From Chitinophagaceae bacterium (lineage in GTDB: Bacteria; Bacteroidota; Bacteroidia; Chitinophagales; Chitinophagaceae): a stretch of DNA of 64,000 nt. Shown here piece after piece: positions 9,336 to 19,784 of the stretch. The translations under genes were made by a program, and so were the position numbers. How positions within the stretch are numbered: the stretch's first letter is position 1; every line of letters begins with the position of its first letter. The DNA lies in NCBI GenBank assembly GCA_036007765.1, contig DASYOM010000164.1, forward strand, positions 5,512-69,511, in the 5' to 3' direction. The notes beneath the pieces were generated by a model. The model worked only from the letters and a program-made list of their open reading frames with translations. It made no database searches and was not told the origin of the DNA.

Positions 9336-12134
9336 ATGAAAACACCTCTATCTCACCCATCAAAATACAATGAAAATACTCTTTCATGTTTTTCTTTTAA
9401 TAAAACAGTTTCATCGATAGTTACTTTTATTATAATAGCATCTTTTCTCTTTGTTGAGGTTGCCAAATCGCAAACATTGCCGACAGGCTTTAGCCAGGTA
9501 CTGGTTGCCGGCGGAATAAGTAATCCAACGGTCATGGCTTTTTCTCCCGATGGAAGAATTTTTGTAGCCCAACAAACCGGTCAATTGCGAATAATAAAAA
9601 ATGGTGCTTTGCTCGGTACACCGTTTATAAGTTTAAGCGTAAACTCTTCCGGTGAACGCGGTTTGCTTGGGATTGCCTTTGACCCAAACTTTGCTTCTAA
9701 TAATTTTATCTATCTCTATTATACATTACCTTCTGCTGCAAATAATCGTATCAGCCGCTTTACTGCCAATGGAGATGTGGTTGTTGCCGGAAGCGAAGTT
9801 GTAGTGCTTAATCTTGATCCCCTAAGCAGCGCTACAAATCACAATGGAGGCACCATGCAGTTTGGCCCTGATGGTAAATTGTATGTTGGTGTTGGTGAGA
9901 ATGCAAACTCTGCAAACTCACAAAATCTTGATACATACCTTGGGAAAATATTACGAATAAATTCAGATGGAACTGTTCCTTCCGGCAATCCTTTCATTAC
10001 AGGAACAAATCAGAAATTAAGAGTCTGGTCTTATGGTTTAAGAAATCCCTATACAATTACCTTTCAGCCGGGCACAGGGAGATTATTTGTAAATGATGTG
10101 GGACAAAATACCTGGGAAGAAATAGATGATGCCACCACAGGTGGAAATAATTATGGCTGGCCAAATGCAGAGGGTACCAGCACCAACCCTGCCTACACCA
10201 ATCCTGTATATTCCTATATGCATGGAACTGGCACTGGGTTAGGATGTGCTATCACGGGAGGAACTTTCTTTAATCCTGCTTCAACAAATTATCCTTCGTC
10301 ATACATAGGTAAATATTTTTATATTGATTACTGCGGAAATTGGATTGACGTGCTTACATTAAGCGGAAGCACAGGCACACGGGCAAGCTTTGCAAGCAGT
10401 ATTGCCGGAAGCCCTGTATCAATTGTTACAGGAAATGATGGTAATTTATATTTCCTTTCCCGTGGCAACAGCGCAGTTTATAAAATTACTTATACAGCTT
10501 CTGCTGCCCCAGTAATTACTACTCAGCCACAAAGCATAACAGTACCGCAGGGTAATTCTGCAACTTTTAGTGTTACTGCAACAGGTACTGCTCCACTAAC
10601 ATATCAATGGAGAAAAAATGGAAGTAATATAACATCTGCTACAAATTCTTCATACACAATTTCATCAGTTACTGCTGCCGATGCAGGAACATATTCTGTT
10701 GTGGTTACTAATGCTTCGGGAAGCGCAACAAGCAATAATGCTACATTAACTGTTACATCTCCAAACCAGCCGCCCACCGCAACTATCACAACTCCCGCAA
10801 TCGGGGTTACTTATGCCGGGGGCGATGTTATTAATTTCAGCGGAACCGCTACTGACCCTGAGGATGGCACACTGGGTGCAAGTGCATTTACATGGTATGT
10901 AATATTTCATCACGATATTCACACGCATCCGGGGCCCTCAGCGCCTTCAGGTGTAACAAGTGGGTCGTTTACTATCCCAAACACAGGAGAAACTGCTCCT
11001 ACTGTATTCTACCGTTTGTATCTTGTTGTTACGGATTCCAAAGGACTAACGGATACCGCATACACTGATATTTTACCAAGAACTTCTACCATTACACTTA
11101 ATACAAATCCACAAGGTTTAACAGTCACGTTAGACGGACAGCCATTTACTGCTCCGCTTACGGTTACAAGTGTTGAAGGGGTTCTAAGAACTATTGGTGC
11201 CACATCACCCCAAACTTTTAATGGCTCAACATATACATTTAGCAGCTGGTCGCAGGGTGGTGCACAAACGCAAACTTTTGCAACACCGGTAAGTGATGTA
11301 GCCTACACCGCTAATTTTAGTACAACAATTACAACCACGCTTAATCCGGTGGCAGATGCCTATGTGCGTGCAGGCAGCTTTAGTAATAATAATTATGGAA
11401 GCAATATCACTCTTAATACAAAGACTTCATCTGCAGCAAATGCTATTTATCAAACATATATACGTTTTGATATTTCATCTTTAGGTACAAATTCCACTTC
11501 AGTAAAATTGAGGTTATATGGGCATTTAAATAATAGCAATAATGCTTCTGCAGATGTACAGGTATTTGATGTAACCTCTCAAACGTGGCAGGAGAATACT
11601 ATTACTTATGCAAACAAGCCTGTAGCACAAACAACAGTGCTTGCAACTGCAACTGTTACAGGAACAGGAAGCCAGTATTATGAATGGGATTTAACGCAAC
11701 ACATTAATAGCCTCAGAAACTCGGGAGCCACTTCCGTGTCGCTATTTATTAAAAATCTTACTGTTACTGCTAATGACCGGGTAATTTATAATTCAAAGGA
11801 AAGTGCAACTAATAAACCTGAACTAAAAGTAACCGGTAATTCTTTAAGTAGCGTTGCAAAGCTTCCGCAAATAGTTTATCCCAAATTAAATGTAATTTCT
11901 TTTTCTGCGTATCCAAATCCTGCATCAAACAATTTTATATTAAAATATTCACCGGAATTCCAAAACAGGAAATTGAAGATAATTGACGTAGCGGGAAAAT
12001 TAGTGAAAGAACTATTACTTACTGAAGGAGGCATACAAAATATCAGGACGGGCGATATAAAGCAAGGTTTATATTTTCTTTATATTGAAATGAACAATAA
12101 AAAATATTCTCAAAAAATTCTTATAGAGAAATAA
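9336..12134 (+). CDS. PQQ-dependent (GSDH/Asd-type) sugar dehydrogenase with Ig-like domains, DNRLRE/CBM96-like domain and T9SS C-terminal sorting domain
   Basis: GERGLLGIAFDPNF, NHNGG..FGPDGKLY, GLRNP, NYGWP; PVITTQPQS Ig domain; NPVADAYVR...PEL domain; YPNP...KILIEK C-terminus. Confidence 0.88.
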   Translation: MKTPLSHPSKYNENTLSCFSFNKTVSSIVTFIIIASFLFVEVAKSQTLPTGFSQVLVAGGISNPTVMAFSPDGRIFVAQQTGQLRIIKNGALLGTPFISLSVNSSGERGLLGIAFDPNFASNNFIYLYYTLPSAANNRISRFTANGDVVVAGSEVVVLNLDPLSSATNHNGGTMQFGPDGKLYVGVGENANSANSQNLDTYLGKILRINSDGTVPSGNPFITGTNQKLRVWSYGLRNPYTITFQPGTGRLFVNDVGQNTWEEIDDATTGGNNYGWPNAEGTSTNPAYTNPVYSYMHGTGTGLGCAITGGTFFNPASTNYPSSYIGKYFYIDYCGNWIDVLTLSGSTGTRASFASSIAGSPVSIVTGNDGNLYFLSRGNSAVYKITYTASAAPVITTQPQSITVPQGNSATFSVTATGTAPLTYQWRKNGSNITSATNSSYTISSVTAADAGTYSVVVTNASGSATSNNATLTVTSPNQPPTATITTPAIGVTYAGGDVINFSGTATDPEDGTLGASAFTWYVIFHHDIHTHPGPSAPSGVTSGSFTIPNTGETAPTVFYRLYLVVTDSKGLTDTAYTDILPRTSTITLNTNPQGLTVTLDGQPFTAPLTVTSVEGVLRTIGATSPQTFNGSTYTFSSWSQGGAQTQTFATPVSDVAYTANFSTTITTTLNPVADAYVRAGSFSNNNYGSNITLNTKTSSAANAIYQTYIRFDISSLGTNSTSVKLRLYGHLNNSNNASADVQVFDVTSQTWQENTITYANKPVAQTTVLATATVTGTGSQYYEWDLTQHINSLRNSGATSVSLFIKNLTVTANDRVIYNSKESATNKPELKVTGNSLSSVAKLPQIVYPKLNVISFSAYPNPASNNFILKYSPEFQNRKLKIIDVAGKLVKELLLTEGGIQNIRTGDIKQGLYFLYIEMNNKKYSQKILIEK

Positions 12135-12651
12135 CAACAGCTACGACTCAATATCAGCAGTTATAACAGAAAACTTATTAAATTAGTTTCAGTTATTTCT
12201 TTTTGAAAGGATGCCTTAGTAGCAATATTCAGCTTTGATCCGAAGGTCTTGACCCGGCTGCCAAAAATGCCTTCGTAATTACAATGCAGTGTTTGCCCAA
12301 CAGTAAAGATTTCGGGGAGTGATTTACAATACAATATATTTTGAACTATTTTTATTTGTGTTTACGTGGTATCTCATTTGAGAGTAACGGGTGAACATGA
12401 ACGGCGTTGCTAAATTTATTTTTGCAGACTACCGTTGCAGTTTGCCCGTCTGTATTTTGATTAGGTAAAAGATATCGCAAGGAGTTTTTTTTTTAAAACC
12501 TGGTGTTTTGTATATTCCTGTATCACCCAAATGGTAAACTTCATTTTTATTTATGCCCGAAAAATCCAAATCAAAAAAGCTCTATACCTGCGAAAGAAAA
12601 TAAAATAGAAATGCTGACTTTAGTCTGATAAATTTATAAACAATTTGCTGT

Positions 12652-14004
12652 ATGAAAAAGACAATTCTCTTTATTACATTATCTTTTATGGTTAACACCA
12701 TGTCCGCACAATTCAGCATTAGCAACAACAAACGTTATTTATTAAAAAACAATAAACCATTTTTTTGGCTGGGAGATACGGGATGGGAATTGTTTCACCG
12801 ACTCACAAGAGAGGAAGCAGATCAATACCTGAAACGCAGATCAGAACAGGGATTTACCGTGATACAAGCCGTAGTACTGGCAGAGTTTGATGGCCTCCAT
12901 GCACCAAACGCATACGGCGATATTCCACTTACAGATGACGATCCGGCTAAGCCCAACGAGGCATATTTTAAACATGTGGATTATATAATTGATAAGGCAG
13001 CAGAATACAATTTGAACATTGCTTTTTTACCAACATGGGGAGATAAGATCGATAAAAATTCGTGGGGAAAAGGGCCTGAAATTTTTAATACCCAAAATGC
13101 AAAGGTCTATGGAAAATGGATTGGTGCCAGGTACAAAGAAAGAAAAAATATCATTTGGATATTAGGTGGCGACCGCAATCCAAGAAATGAAAATGATGTT
13201 GCTATATGGCGTGCAATGGCAGAGGGAATTATGGAAGGAACCAACAAAAATGCGATGATCAGTTTTCATCCTCAACCCAACGATTTAGGCTCCGCGCAAT
13301 GGTTTCATAAAGACGACTGGTTAAGCTTTAATATGTTTCAGAACGGGCATTGCAGGGACAATCCGATATATGACAAAATACAGGCTGCTTACAAATTAAT
13401 CCCTTCGAAACCAGTGATGGATGCAGAGCCTATTTATGAGGATCATCCAGTTTGTTTTAATGCGAAAGATCTTGGGATAAGCAGTGCTTATGATGTAAGA
13501 AAATATGCTTATCTCGATTTGTTTGCCGGTGCCTTCGGGCATACGTACGGATGCCATGACATCTGGCAATTCTATTCAGCAAAACATGAAGGAGTGAACG
13601 GCCCGCATTTCTATTGGCCGGAAGCTATGGAGTTGCCCGGCGCTAATCAAATGAATTTTGTTAGAAAATTAATGGAGTCACATCCACTGTTGGATAGAGT
13701 TCCCGATCAAGCTTTAATAAAAGAAAATAATTATTCCCCGGCGGAAAGGATTGAGGCAACAAGAGGTAGTGATTACCTGTTTGTTTACACGGCCGCAGGT
13801 AAACCATTCACTGTTGTTAATGGTAAAATAAAAGGCACAACATTACATGCATATTGGTTTGACCCACGCACTGGAAATACAACCGATATCGGACGTGTAC
13901 CTAATACCGGGACAAAACAATTCACACCTCCGTCGAAGGGTTATGGTCACGATTGGGTACTGGTGATGGATGATCAATCAAAAAATTATGAACATCCAAA
14001 GTAG
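12652..14004 (+). CDS. DUF4038/GH140-like (apiosidase-like) glycoside hydrolase with collagen-binding C-domain
   Basis: PFFWLGDTGWELFHRL, NIIWILGGDR, EPIYEDHP, GHTYG, WFDPRTG..DWVLV. Confidence 0.85.
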   Translation: MKKTILFITLSFMVNTMSAQFSISNNKRYLLKNNKPFFWLGDTGWELFHRLTREEADQYLKRRSEQGFTVIQAVVLAEFDGLHAPNAYGDIPLTDDDPAKPNEAYFKHVDYIIDKAAEYNLNIAFLPTWGDKIDKNSWGKGPEIFNTQNAKVYGKWIGARYKERKNIIWILGGDRNPRNENDVAIWRAMAEGIMEGTNKNAMISFHPQPNDLGSAQWFHKDDWLSFNMFQNGHCRDNPIYDKIQAAYKLIPSKPVMDAEPIYEDHPVCFNAKDLGISSAYDVRKYAYLDLFAGAFGHTYGCHDIWQFYSAKHEGVNGPHFYWPEAMELPGANQMNFVRKLMESHPLLDRVPDQALIKENNYSPAERIEATRGSDYLFVYTAAGKPFTVVNGKIKGTTLHAYWFDPRTGNTTDIGRVPNTGTKQFTPPSKGYGHDWVLVMDDQSKNYEHPK

Positions 14005-14030
14005 TATGACAGGAAGTTTGATTGATTTAA

Positions 14031-14652
14031 TCAAACAGCTCTTAAAATAAGCTGGAAGTTTACATCGAAGGCGTCTTTAATTTTAATGAGGCCAGCCATC
14101 TTTTTTGGAGGTGATAATTTGAAGTCTGAAAAATTGAAGCTGTGGCCCCCATCTAATTGTATACGACCCGGTGCACCGTTAGAAAATGCGTAACTCAATT
14201 CGAAACGCTTCACCACCCCTGCCACTTCCACCTCCACCCAGCCTTTTATCATTTCTTTTTCATTTGCCCATTGCAATTGAGCAGGTAATTATTACCCCTT
14301 CAGAAGTAACAGTCGCTGATGTAAGCACAAAACTAATGTTTGGGTTAGCGGTTGTCTTCAGCGCTTTATATGTGTTTTTATCCATAGCAGTATGGCCGCT
14401 TTTTAAGTTTACTGCAGGAAGTGTAAAACTTAATTTTGAAAGCGAGGTAATCTTCCCGTCTGCACCAACAGTAAATTCTGCTTCACTGTTACCAGTCTTT
14501 GCTTTCATTTCTCAGTCATGTATAGTAGATGTCCCTTTCAGACTTATATCCATAGCATGAGACTCGTAGCTTGTTTGTGCAATGCCTGCACAGCATATAG
14601 AGAAATTAGCAGCCAGTAATAACGCAATTTTTCTTAGTGATAAATTTTTCAT
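14031..14652 (-). pseudogene. YceI-family pseudogene, probably a deletion fusion of two tandem yceI genes
   Basis: ATG 14652 MKNLSLRK..LKGTSTIHD*EMKA (Trp to TGA), LKSGHTAMDKNTYKAL, a frameshift near 14295, then a distinct YceI-type C-terminus (EVAGVVKRF..SDFKLSPPKKMAGLIKIKD). Confidence 0.75.
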
Positions 14653-14747
14653 GGTGATTTTCTTTTGTAGTCTTTTTTCCTTTTTTTTTGAAATGCGAAG
14701 TTAGCTCCGGGTATAACTCTTGACTATGACCACAAAAGGCATGAAAT

Positions 14748-14821
14748 ATGTTTCTAATCATGAAAGGAAAGCACAAGCAACTTTTATGATGAAACTCATA
14801 ATAACTTATGATGGAAGTATT
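14748..14821. promoter_or_regulatory. FNR/Crp-like boxes in the divergent yceI / hypothetical promoter region
   Basis: ATGTTTCTAATCAT (14748), TT-ATGATGAAACTCAT-AA (14786) and a degenerate ATGATGGAAGTATT 22 bp later (14808); TAATTTTG -7 element near 14844. Confidence 0.6.
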
Positions 14822-14902
14822 GAAATAACTATTGTGGTAAGGTTAATTTTGATAGATAAAGATTATCATTATAACATGTAAGATTTGAAAAAAGATTGCG
14901 CT

Positions 14903-15307
14903 ATGGAAATAAATAAAGAAATAACAATAAGCAACGATAGCCTGATAAAAGACATCCAGGGTGAATTTTCAGCCTGTTATCCTTTTCTGAAAATTGAATT
15001 TCTTTTGACAGGTAAAAGAGACGCAAGCGGCAGAAATAATTTGATAGACCCGGGCACTTCCTTGAAACAACTGGCGAATATAAGCGAGTACAAAATCGAT
15101 ATCAACAGGCAGAGGACAGTTGCAGAAGTATCACAGAATCTGCAGGAAACCCTTGGCGTGATGGTGCGCATGTGCAGGAAGTCTGGCAATGTTTGGAGTA
15201 CGATTTCTATAAGTGACAGCTGGACGCTCCAAAGCCAAAATGTTGCAGGGGAATATATTAGTTCCGAAATGGCGATGGATACAGTTAAACCGGCAATTTA
15301 TGTTTAA
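14903..15307 (+). CDS. Conserved Bacteroidota hypothetical protein
   Basis: IKDIQGEFSACYPFLKIEF ... RKSGNVW..WTLQSQN pattern; ATG 14903 preferred over TTG 14885. Confidence 0.65.
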   Translation: MEINKEITISNDSLIKDIQGEFSACYPFLKIEFLLTGKRDASGRNNLIDPGTSLKQLANISEYKIDINRQRTVAEVSQNLQETLGVMVRMCRKSGNVWSTISISDSWTLQSQNVAGEYISSEMAMDTVKPAIYV

Positions 15308-15562
15308 ATTTGTTGAACACCTTTGAAACCACAATGTTTGTAATGCTCAAAAAGTTCAACATTATTTAATTCCTTATGCCGGCTCTATAACACCTGTACA
15401 GGGAATACCGGTGTTGATGCACTTCCATGTATGAATAGCCTGTTACCAGATTTTATGCATTCTACGGCTTGCTCTGCTGTTATATATTTTTCACTCATTA
15501 TGCCCAGGAAGTGGATTATTTAATTTAATTGCCTTGCAAAAAGCTCATCGTGATACTTATAA

Positions 15563-16618
15563 TTAGTAGGGGAGATTCCTGATTCTTTTTTCATCCACAA
15601 TAATAACCTTGCCATTTTGAATGTCGACAAGTTTTTCATCTTTGAAGTCACCTAATGTTCTTATCAAAGATTCGGTCGCTATGCCAATGGATTGCGCCAT
15701 ATTTTCCCTCGATAAGTTTAAAACCGTTTGGTTGCCTTCTTCCACTTTATATTTTTCCAATAATTGAATAAGCCCATATGCCACTTTTCTTCTTAATGAA
15801 CTGTAAGCAAGATTTAAAAGGCTCTCTTCCTTTTCTACAATGTTTTGCGTAATGATCTTAATGAATGTTTGCGCTATCTGCATATCGTTGGAGATCAGTT
15901 GTAAAAAATCTCCACGTGGTATCAACATCAATGCCGATTCTTCAAGTGCCTGTGCCTGGTCTTTATAATTGGTATCTTCTAATATCGGAAGATATCCGAA
16001 GTATTCTCCCGGCCCGTGTATGCTGGTGATAAATTCTTTTCCATCATCGTTTGTCCTGGATATTTTTACCTTACCGGAAACCACATAATATACTGCACGC
16101 GGACGCTGATTCTCTGCATACATATTTACTTTTTTACTGTAATTAACTATTTCTCTTTCATCAGACGCAAGTTGAATTTTGCCAGTTTGTTCTACATCAT
16201 GCAGAAAATCAGTTAATGCTCCGGGGCCTGTATATTGCTCTTTCAGCAATTCATTTTTCTTTAATCTTATCTCGATTGCATTTAATAATTTTATTCCATC
16301 AAAAGGCTTTGTGATATAATCATCGGCACCCATTTCCATCCCTCTTCTGACATCAGATTTTTCTGATTTTGCGGTGAGGTAAATAAAAGGGATACTGGCT
16401 GTTTCTGTATGCTTGCTTAATAAGTGATACACGCCATATCCATCTAACACAGGCATCATAATATCACAAACAATTAAATCCGGTTTTTCTTTTAGTGCTA
16501 TCTCAACACCAACTTTTCCATTCTCTGCCGTTACAACTTTATAATTAGCAAGCTCAATAATCTCAGCTGTGTTCTCACGTACTTCCAGATTGTCTTCTAT
16601 TATTAATATCTTCTTCAT
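15563..16618 (-). CDS. Hybrid response regulator: REC + cNMP-binding-like + Crp/Fnr HTH
   Basis: ILIIEDN, CDIMMP, KPF (REC); VVSGKVK..GEYFG (cNMP-like); SRENMAQSIGIATESLIRTL (HTH). Confidence 0.92.
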   Translation of the reverse strand: MKKILIIEDNLEVRENTAEIIELANYKVVTAENGKVGVEIALKEKPDLIVCDIMMPVLDGYGVYHLLSKHTETASIPFIYLTAKSEKSDVRRGMEMGADDYITKPFDGIKLLNAIEIRLKKNELLKEQYTGPGALTDFLHDVEQTGKIQLASDEREIVNYSKKVNMYAENQRPRAVYYVVSGKVKISRTNDDGKEFITSIHGPGEYFGYLPILEDTNYKDQAQALEESALMLIPRGDFLQLISNDMQIAQTFIKIITQNIVEKEESLLNLAYSSLRRKVAYGLIQLLEKYKVEEGNQTVLNLSRENMAQSIGIATESLIRTLGDFKDEKLVDIQNGKVIIVDEKRIRNLPY

Positions 16619-17904
16619 AAGCCATGACCTGTTTTATTTTGAGGAATGTAAAAGGTAAATATCGTACACTCGTTCAATGTACTTTTTATGGTTATTGTGC
16701 CATCCATTAGCTCAAGGTACTTAGCTACAATATGAAGACCTAAGCCTGTGCCCTGTATATTAGCAGCGTTCTTTGCACGAAAGAATCGTTCAAACAAATG
16801 CTGCTGGTCTTCTTCGGATATGCCAATGCCGTTATCCTCAACGGAGATCATAAGATTATTACTATTGATTGATGAAATAACTTTAATGATTGCATTTTCA
16901 TTTGCAAACTTTATTGCATTAGAAATAAGATTAATCAAAATATTCTTCACGAGGCTCGTGTCGAGCCAAACATCCCCGTCAACTAAATTTGTAAGATTTA
17001 TTTTCTGACCTTTTTTAAACAAACCATCCAACTCCTGCGATAAGTCTTTAAGTATATCATCAAGAGTAACTGAACTTACCAGTTCCATATTAGTTTGCAC
17101 CAAACCTTCTTCGAGCTTACCAAGAGAAAGAAAATCTTCGAGGATATTTTTCATTCCACCTACCGCATCCTTTATCCGGTCAACATGCTTTTCAACTTTT
17201 GGATCGCCATGTAGCTTGTTATACTTGTCCAATAAATATGCGGATGAAAGAATAATACTTAATGGGGTTCTAAATTCGTGTGAGGCAACGGTAACAAAGT
17301 TTGATTTCAATTCATTCAGGTCCCTCTCATTTTCATAAGCAAGGTTAAGTTCTTCCTTAGAACGTTCTAACTCCGATAATGCTTCCCGAAGCATTTTTGT
17401 TCTATCCTCTACTTTCTGTTCCAGCTTGGTATTCATTGATTTTATTTCCGAAGTAACTCTTTCTAACTCACGTGTCTGTTCCATCGCCATGGCTTCGTGA
17501 GCCTTTCTTACAGTTATATCAATCACAAATGCAAACACAAAAATCTCGTCGTTAATAACGTAGTGACTAAGGCTTACTTCGACAGGGAATGTGGTGCCAT
17601 TCTTTCGCTGTGCTAATAAGTCCCGTCCATGCCCCATTATCCGCGGTTCGGGATGATGATAATATTGCTCCCGGTCTTTTACATGCCTTGCATGAGTTGA
17701 GGTGGGTAAAAGTATATCTACAAGGTCACCAAAAACTTCTTCTTTTGCATAACCGAACTGCGTTTCAGCATATTTATTAAAGTTTATGATCTGGCCTGTA
17801 TTATTTGTTACGACAATGCCAATCGTGGCAAAATTGAACAAGGCCTCAAACTGATGGATGTTATCAATGTTGTTTAGAGAAACCCGGCTTTGATGCGTTG
17901 GCAT
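16615..17904 (-). CDS. Cytoplasmic PAS sensor histidine kinase, FixL-like heme-PAS
   Basis: PAS segment LLP..HARH..YY..PRIMGHGRDL..RKNGTTFPVEVSLS; H-box ASHEFRTPL, N-box NLISNAIK, G-boxes; overlaps the regulator start by 4 bp. Confidence 0.9.
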   Translation of the reverse strand: MPTHQSRVSLNNIDNIHQFEALFNFATIGIVVTNNTGQIINFNKYAETQFGYAKEEVFGDLVDILLPTSTHARHVKDREQYYHHPEPRIMGHGRDLLAQRKNGTTFPVEVSLSHYVINDEIFVFAFVIDITVRKAHEAMAMEQTRELERVTSEIKSMNTKLEQKVEDRTKMLREALSELERSKEELNLAYENERDLNELKSNFVTVASHEFRTPLSIILSSAYLLDKYNKLHGDPKVEKHVDRIKDAVGGMKNILEDFLSLGKLEEGLVQTNMELVSSVTLDDILKDLSQELDGLFKKGQKINLTNLVDGDVWLDTSLVKNILINLISNAIKFANENAIIKVISSINSNNLMISVEDNGIGISEEDQQHLFERFFRAKNAANIQGTGLGLHIVAKYLELMDGTITIKSTLNECTIFTFYIPQNKTGHGL

Positions 17905-18396
17905 ATAATATTATGATTTCAATGCAGGTTGCACTATTGTGCTCCGGGCTGTGTAAACTTTATAAAGAATTGCTTAGTGTTTTAAAGTTATGCCTTTTAT
18001 TTTAGAGACTTTCGAGCTATGCATAAATTGATAGAGGGTTATTACTTCCTGAAAATCATCCTTTTCATGATGCGTTGGACGCTAATATCTGATACTGAAT
18101 TAATCCAATAGGGATACGACCTTACTAAATTGATTTAGCTAGCCACAAAAAACAATTGCCCCACCTTTACGAAATTCGAGTATAACGGTATCGCAACTAA
18201 GTATCATTTTGAAAACAGGATATCTAAATTTATTAAATGGTAATTTTATCCAGGCAAGAACCGAGCAATGGCAATGTGATATCAATACTACTTTAAAAAT
18301 TGGCCAGGCATCGACTATTTTAGCGACACAATTTATCTTACTCTACCTCTTGAGGTGCTTTGATTGTTGTGACAAGTTTCCTCTTGCGATTACATT

Positions 18397-18726
18397 TCAT
18401 TTTCCTGTTTTATCCATTTTCATTTTCCCCATTTTCCCATCCATGTAACATTTATCCCCTTCTTTCATCATCATGGCTGTGCCATTTTTCATTTTGCATG
18501 TACCATCCTTCATACAAATCGTACCATCACTCATGGTCATATCCTTGTCCATATCCATCATCTTGCCGTTCTTCATCATCATCATTTTACCATCCTTCAT
18601 CATAACACAGTCTTTCATTGCATTTTGTGTTTTAGCATGGTGCATTGTGTGGGCGGTTTTACTTGTTTGAGCATTAGCACTTATACTGAAAATTAAAGCA
18701 GTAATCAAGAAGAATATATTTTTCAT
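18397..18726 (-). CDS. Secreted Met-rich small protein (DUF6799-like)
   Basis: Signal peptide then repeated MKDG/MKNG units (DCVMMKDGKMMMMKNGKMMDMDKDMTMSDG). Confidence 0.8.
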   Translation of the reverse strand: MKNIFFLITALIFSISANAQTSKTAHTMHHAKTQNAMKDCVMMKDGKMMMMKNGKMMDMDKDMTMSDGTICMKDGTCKMKNGTAMMMKEGDKCYMDGKMGKMKMDKTGK

Positions 18727-18983
18727 AATAATAAATTTTTAAGCCTTTAAATTTTTAAGCTTTAAATTATATTCACAATAATGTAACCACAATTCTGGAG
18801 GTATATATAATGAATCAAAATATTGAGGAACCGGATAGTCTATGGTACCAGTCTTAAGTTGTCGAAAATCATCTCATATTGCAAGAATGATTTTACAACA
18901 TCGAAACCTGCAGTAATGACCTTAATAATGATCTCCACCTTTACTGCAACCATGCGGAATGCGAAAATCAAATTCGCTACTTT

Positions 18984-19420
18984 CTAACTCATATAAAAAT
19001 GAACTATGCAGTAAGTGATGATAATTGCATTAATTACCCAGGCTAAAAAAGGGTTGGTAAAGTGATTTTGGTTGCCTGGGCTGCCAGGTTAACAACCAGA
19101 ATAGGTAGATTGACTGTGCAAGCTATTATCCATAGTGCCAAATTATTGCCCCCAATAAAAACTATAGCAGATAGAGTAATAGGTAAAACTGTTCCTATAC
19201 CACACATAAATGCAATACCTAGCCACATAAATCTGTTTCTCTCCTCTAAGTCGCACCATGTATAAATCTTTGGATTAAACCTTTTGTTACTGACCGGCGG
19301 ATTGTGTAGAAATAGGGGGCGGTTAAATGGATTTCCTGCGTTGAATAACTTGTTGCATACATTAAAATTTAGAATACAAATTTTGAAAATATTTTTGATG
19401 TAATTTATGTCTACGCTCAT
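18984..19420 (-). pseudogene. Bacteroidota membrane hypothetical protein, frameshifted near its 3' end
   Basis: WC..EERNRFMWLG...VVNLAAQATKITLP. One extra T in the T6 run at about 19045-19050 would extend the ORF with the TM segment LAWVINAIIITYCIVHFYMS to a stop at 18984. Confidence 0.5.
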
Positions 19421-19537
19421 TTCAAATACTGATGGTTATCATAGCGCTAAAAACATAAGCTACTTTAATTAAGTTGCTTATTTGCATCAAAGAAGCTTAT
19501 TACGTGGATAGATTCTAATAAATCTATAGCCCTCTAT

Positions 19538-19582
19538 ACTTATTGTACAATCACTAACTTATTGTACAATCATTACTTATTG
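19538..19582. repeat. Short tandem repeat ACTTATTGTACAATCA x2 plus a partial third copy
   Basis: Copies start at 19538, 19557 and 19575 (partial); each full copy contains the palindrome ATTGTACAAT. Confidence 0.7.
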
Positions 19583-19707
19583 ACCTTTCCAAAACCAATT
19601 TCTGAACTTTTTAATTTTCAATTAGCTATGAACAATTCGGTTACACAAAATACCAACCAGGTGCGGGTAACCTAATTGGTCACAACAGAGTTGATAATTT
19701 TTGATAT

Positions 19708-19755
19708 TTAATTGGCGGGCTAAAAATCAAAAAAGCCAGTAAAGATTGAGTTTTT
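19708..19755 (+). repeat. Copy 1 of an imperfect ~48-bp repeat (att-like island-end sequence)
   Basis: TTAATTGGCGGGCTAAAAATCAAAAAA-GCCAGTAAAGATTGAGTTTT versus the 50116 copy; 5 mismatches and 1 gap in 48 columns. Confidence 0.75.
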
Positions 19756-19784
19756 CGCCTGAACTGATTTATGGTACTGAGTCC

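Noticed and set aside
12135-12651. Possible ncRNA, riboswitch or small gene in a long intergenic region
   Set aside because: No recognisable aptamer motif or convincing ORF by eye; a covariance-model scan would be needed.
18046-18080. Possible FNR-like box upstream of the PAS kinase (TTCCTGAAAATCAT)
   Set aside because: Only one good half-site, and the partner spacing is 21 rather than 22 bp; too weak.
18732-18768. AAATTTTTAAGC(C)TTT duplication before the Met-rich gene
   Set aside because: Low-complexity AT-rich slippage duplication with no evidence of function.
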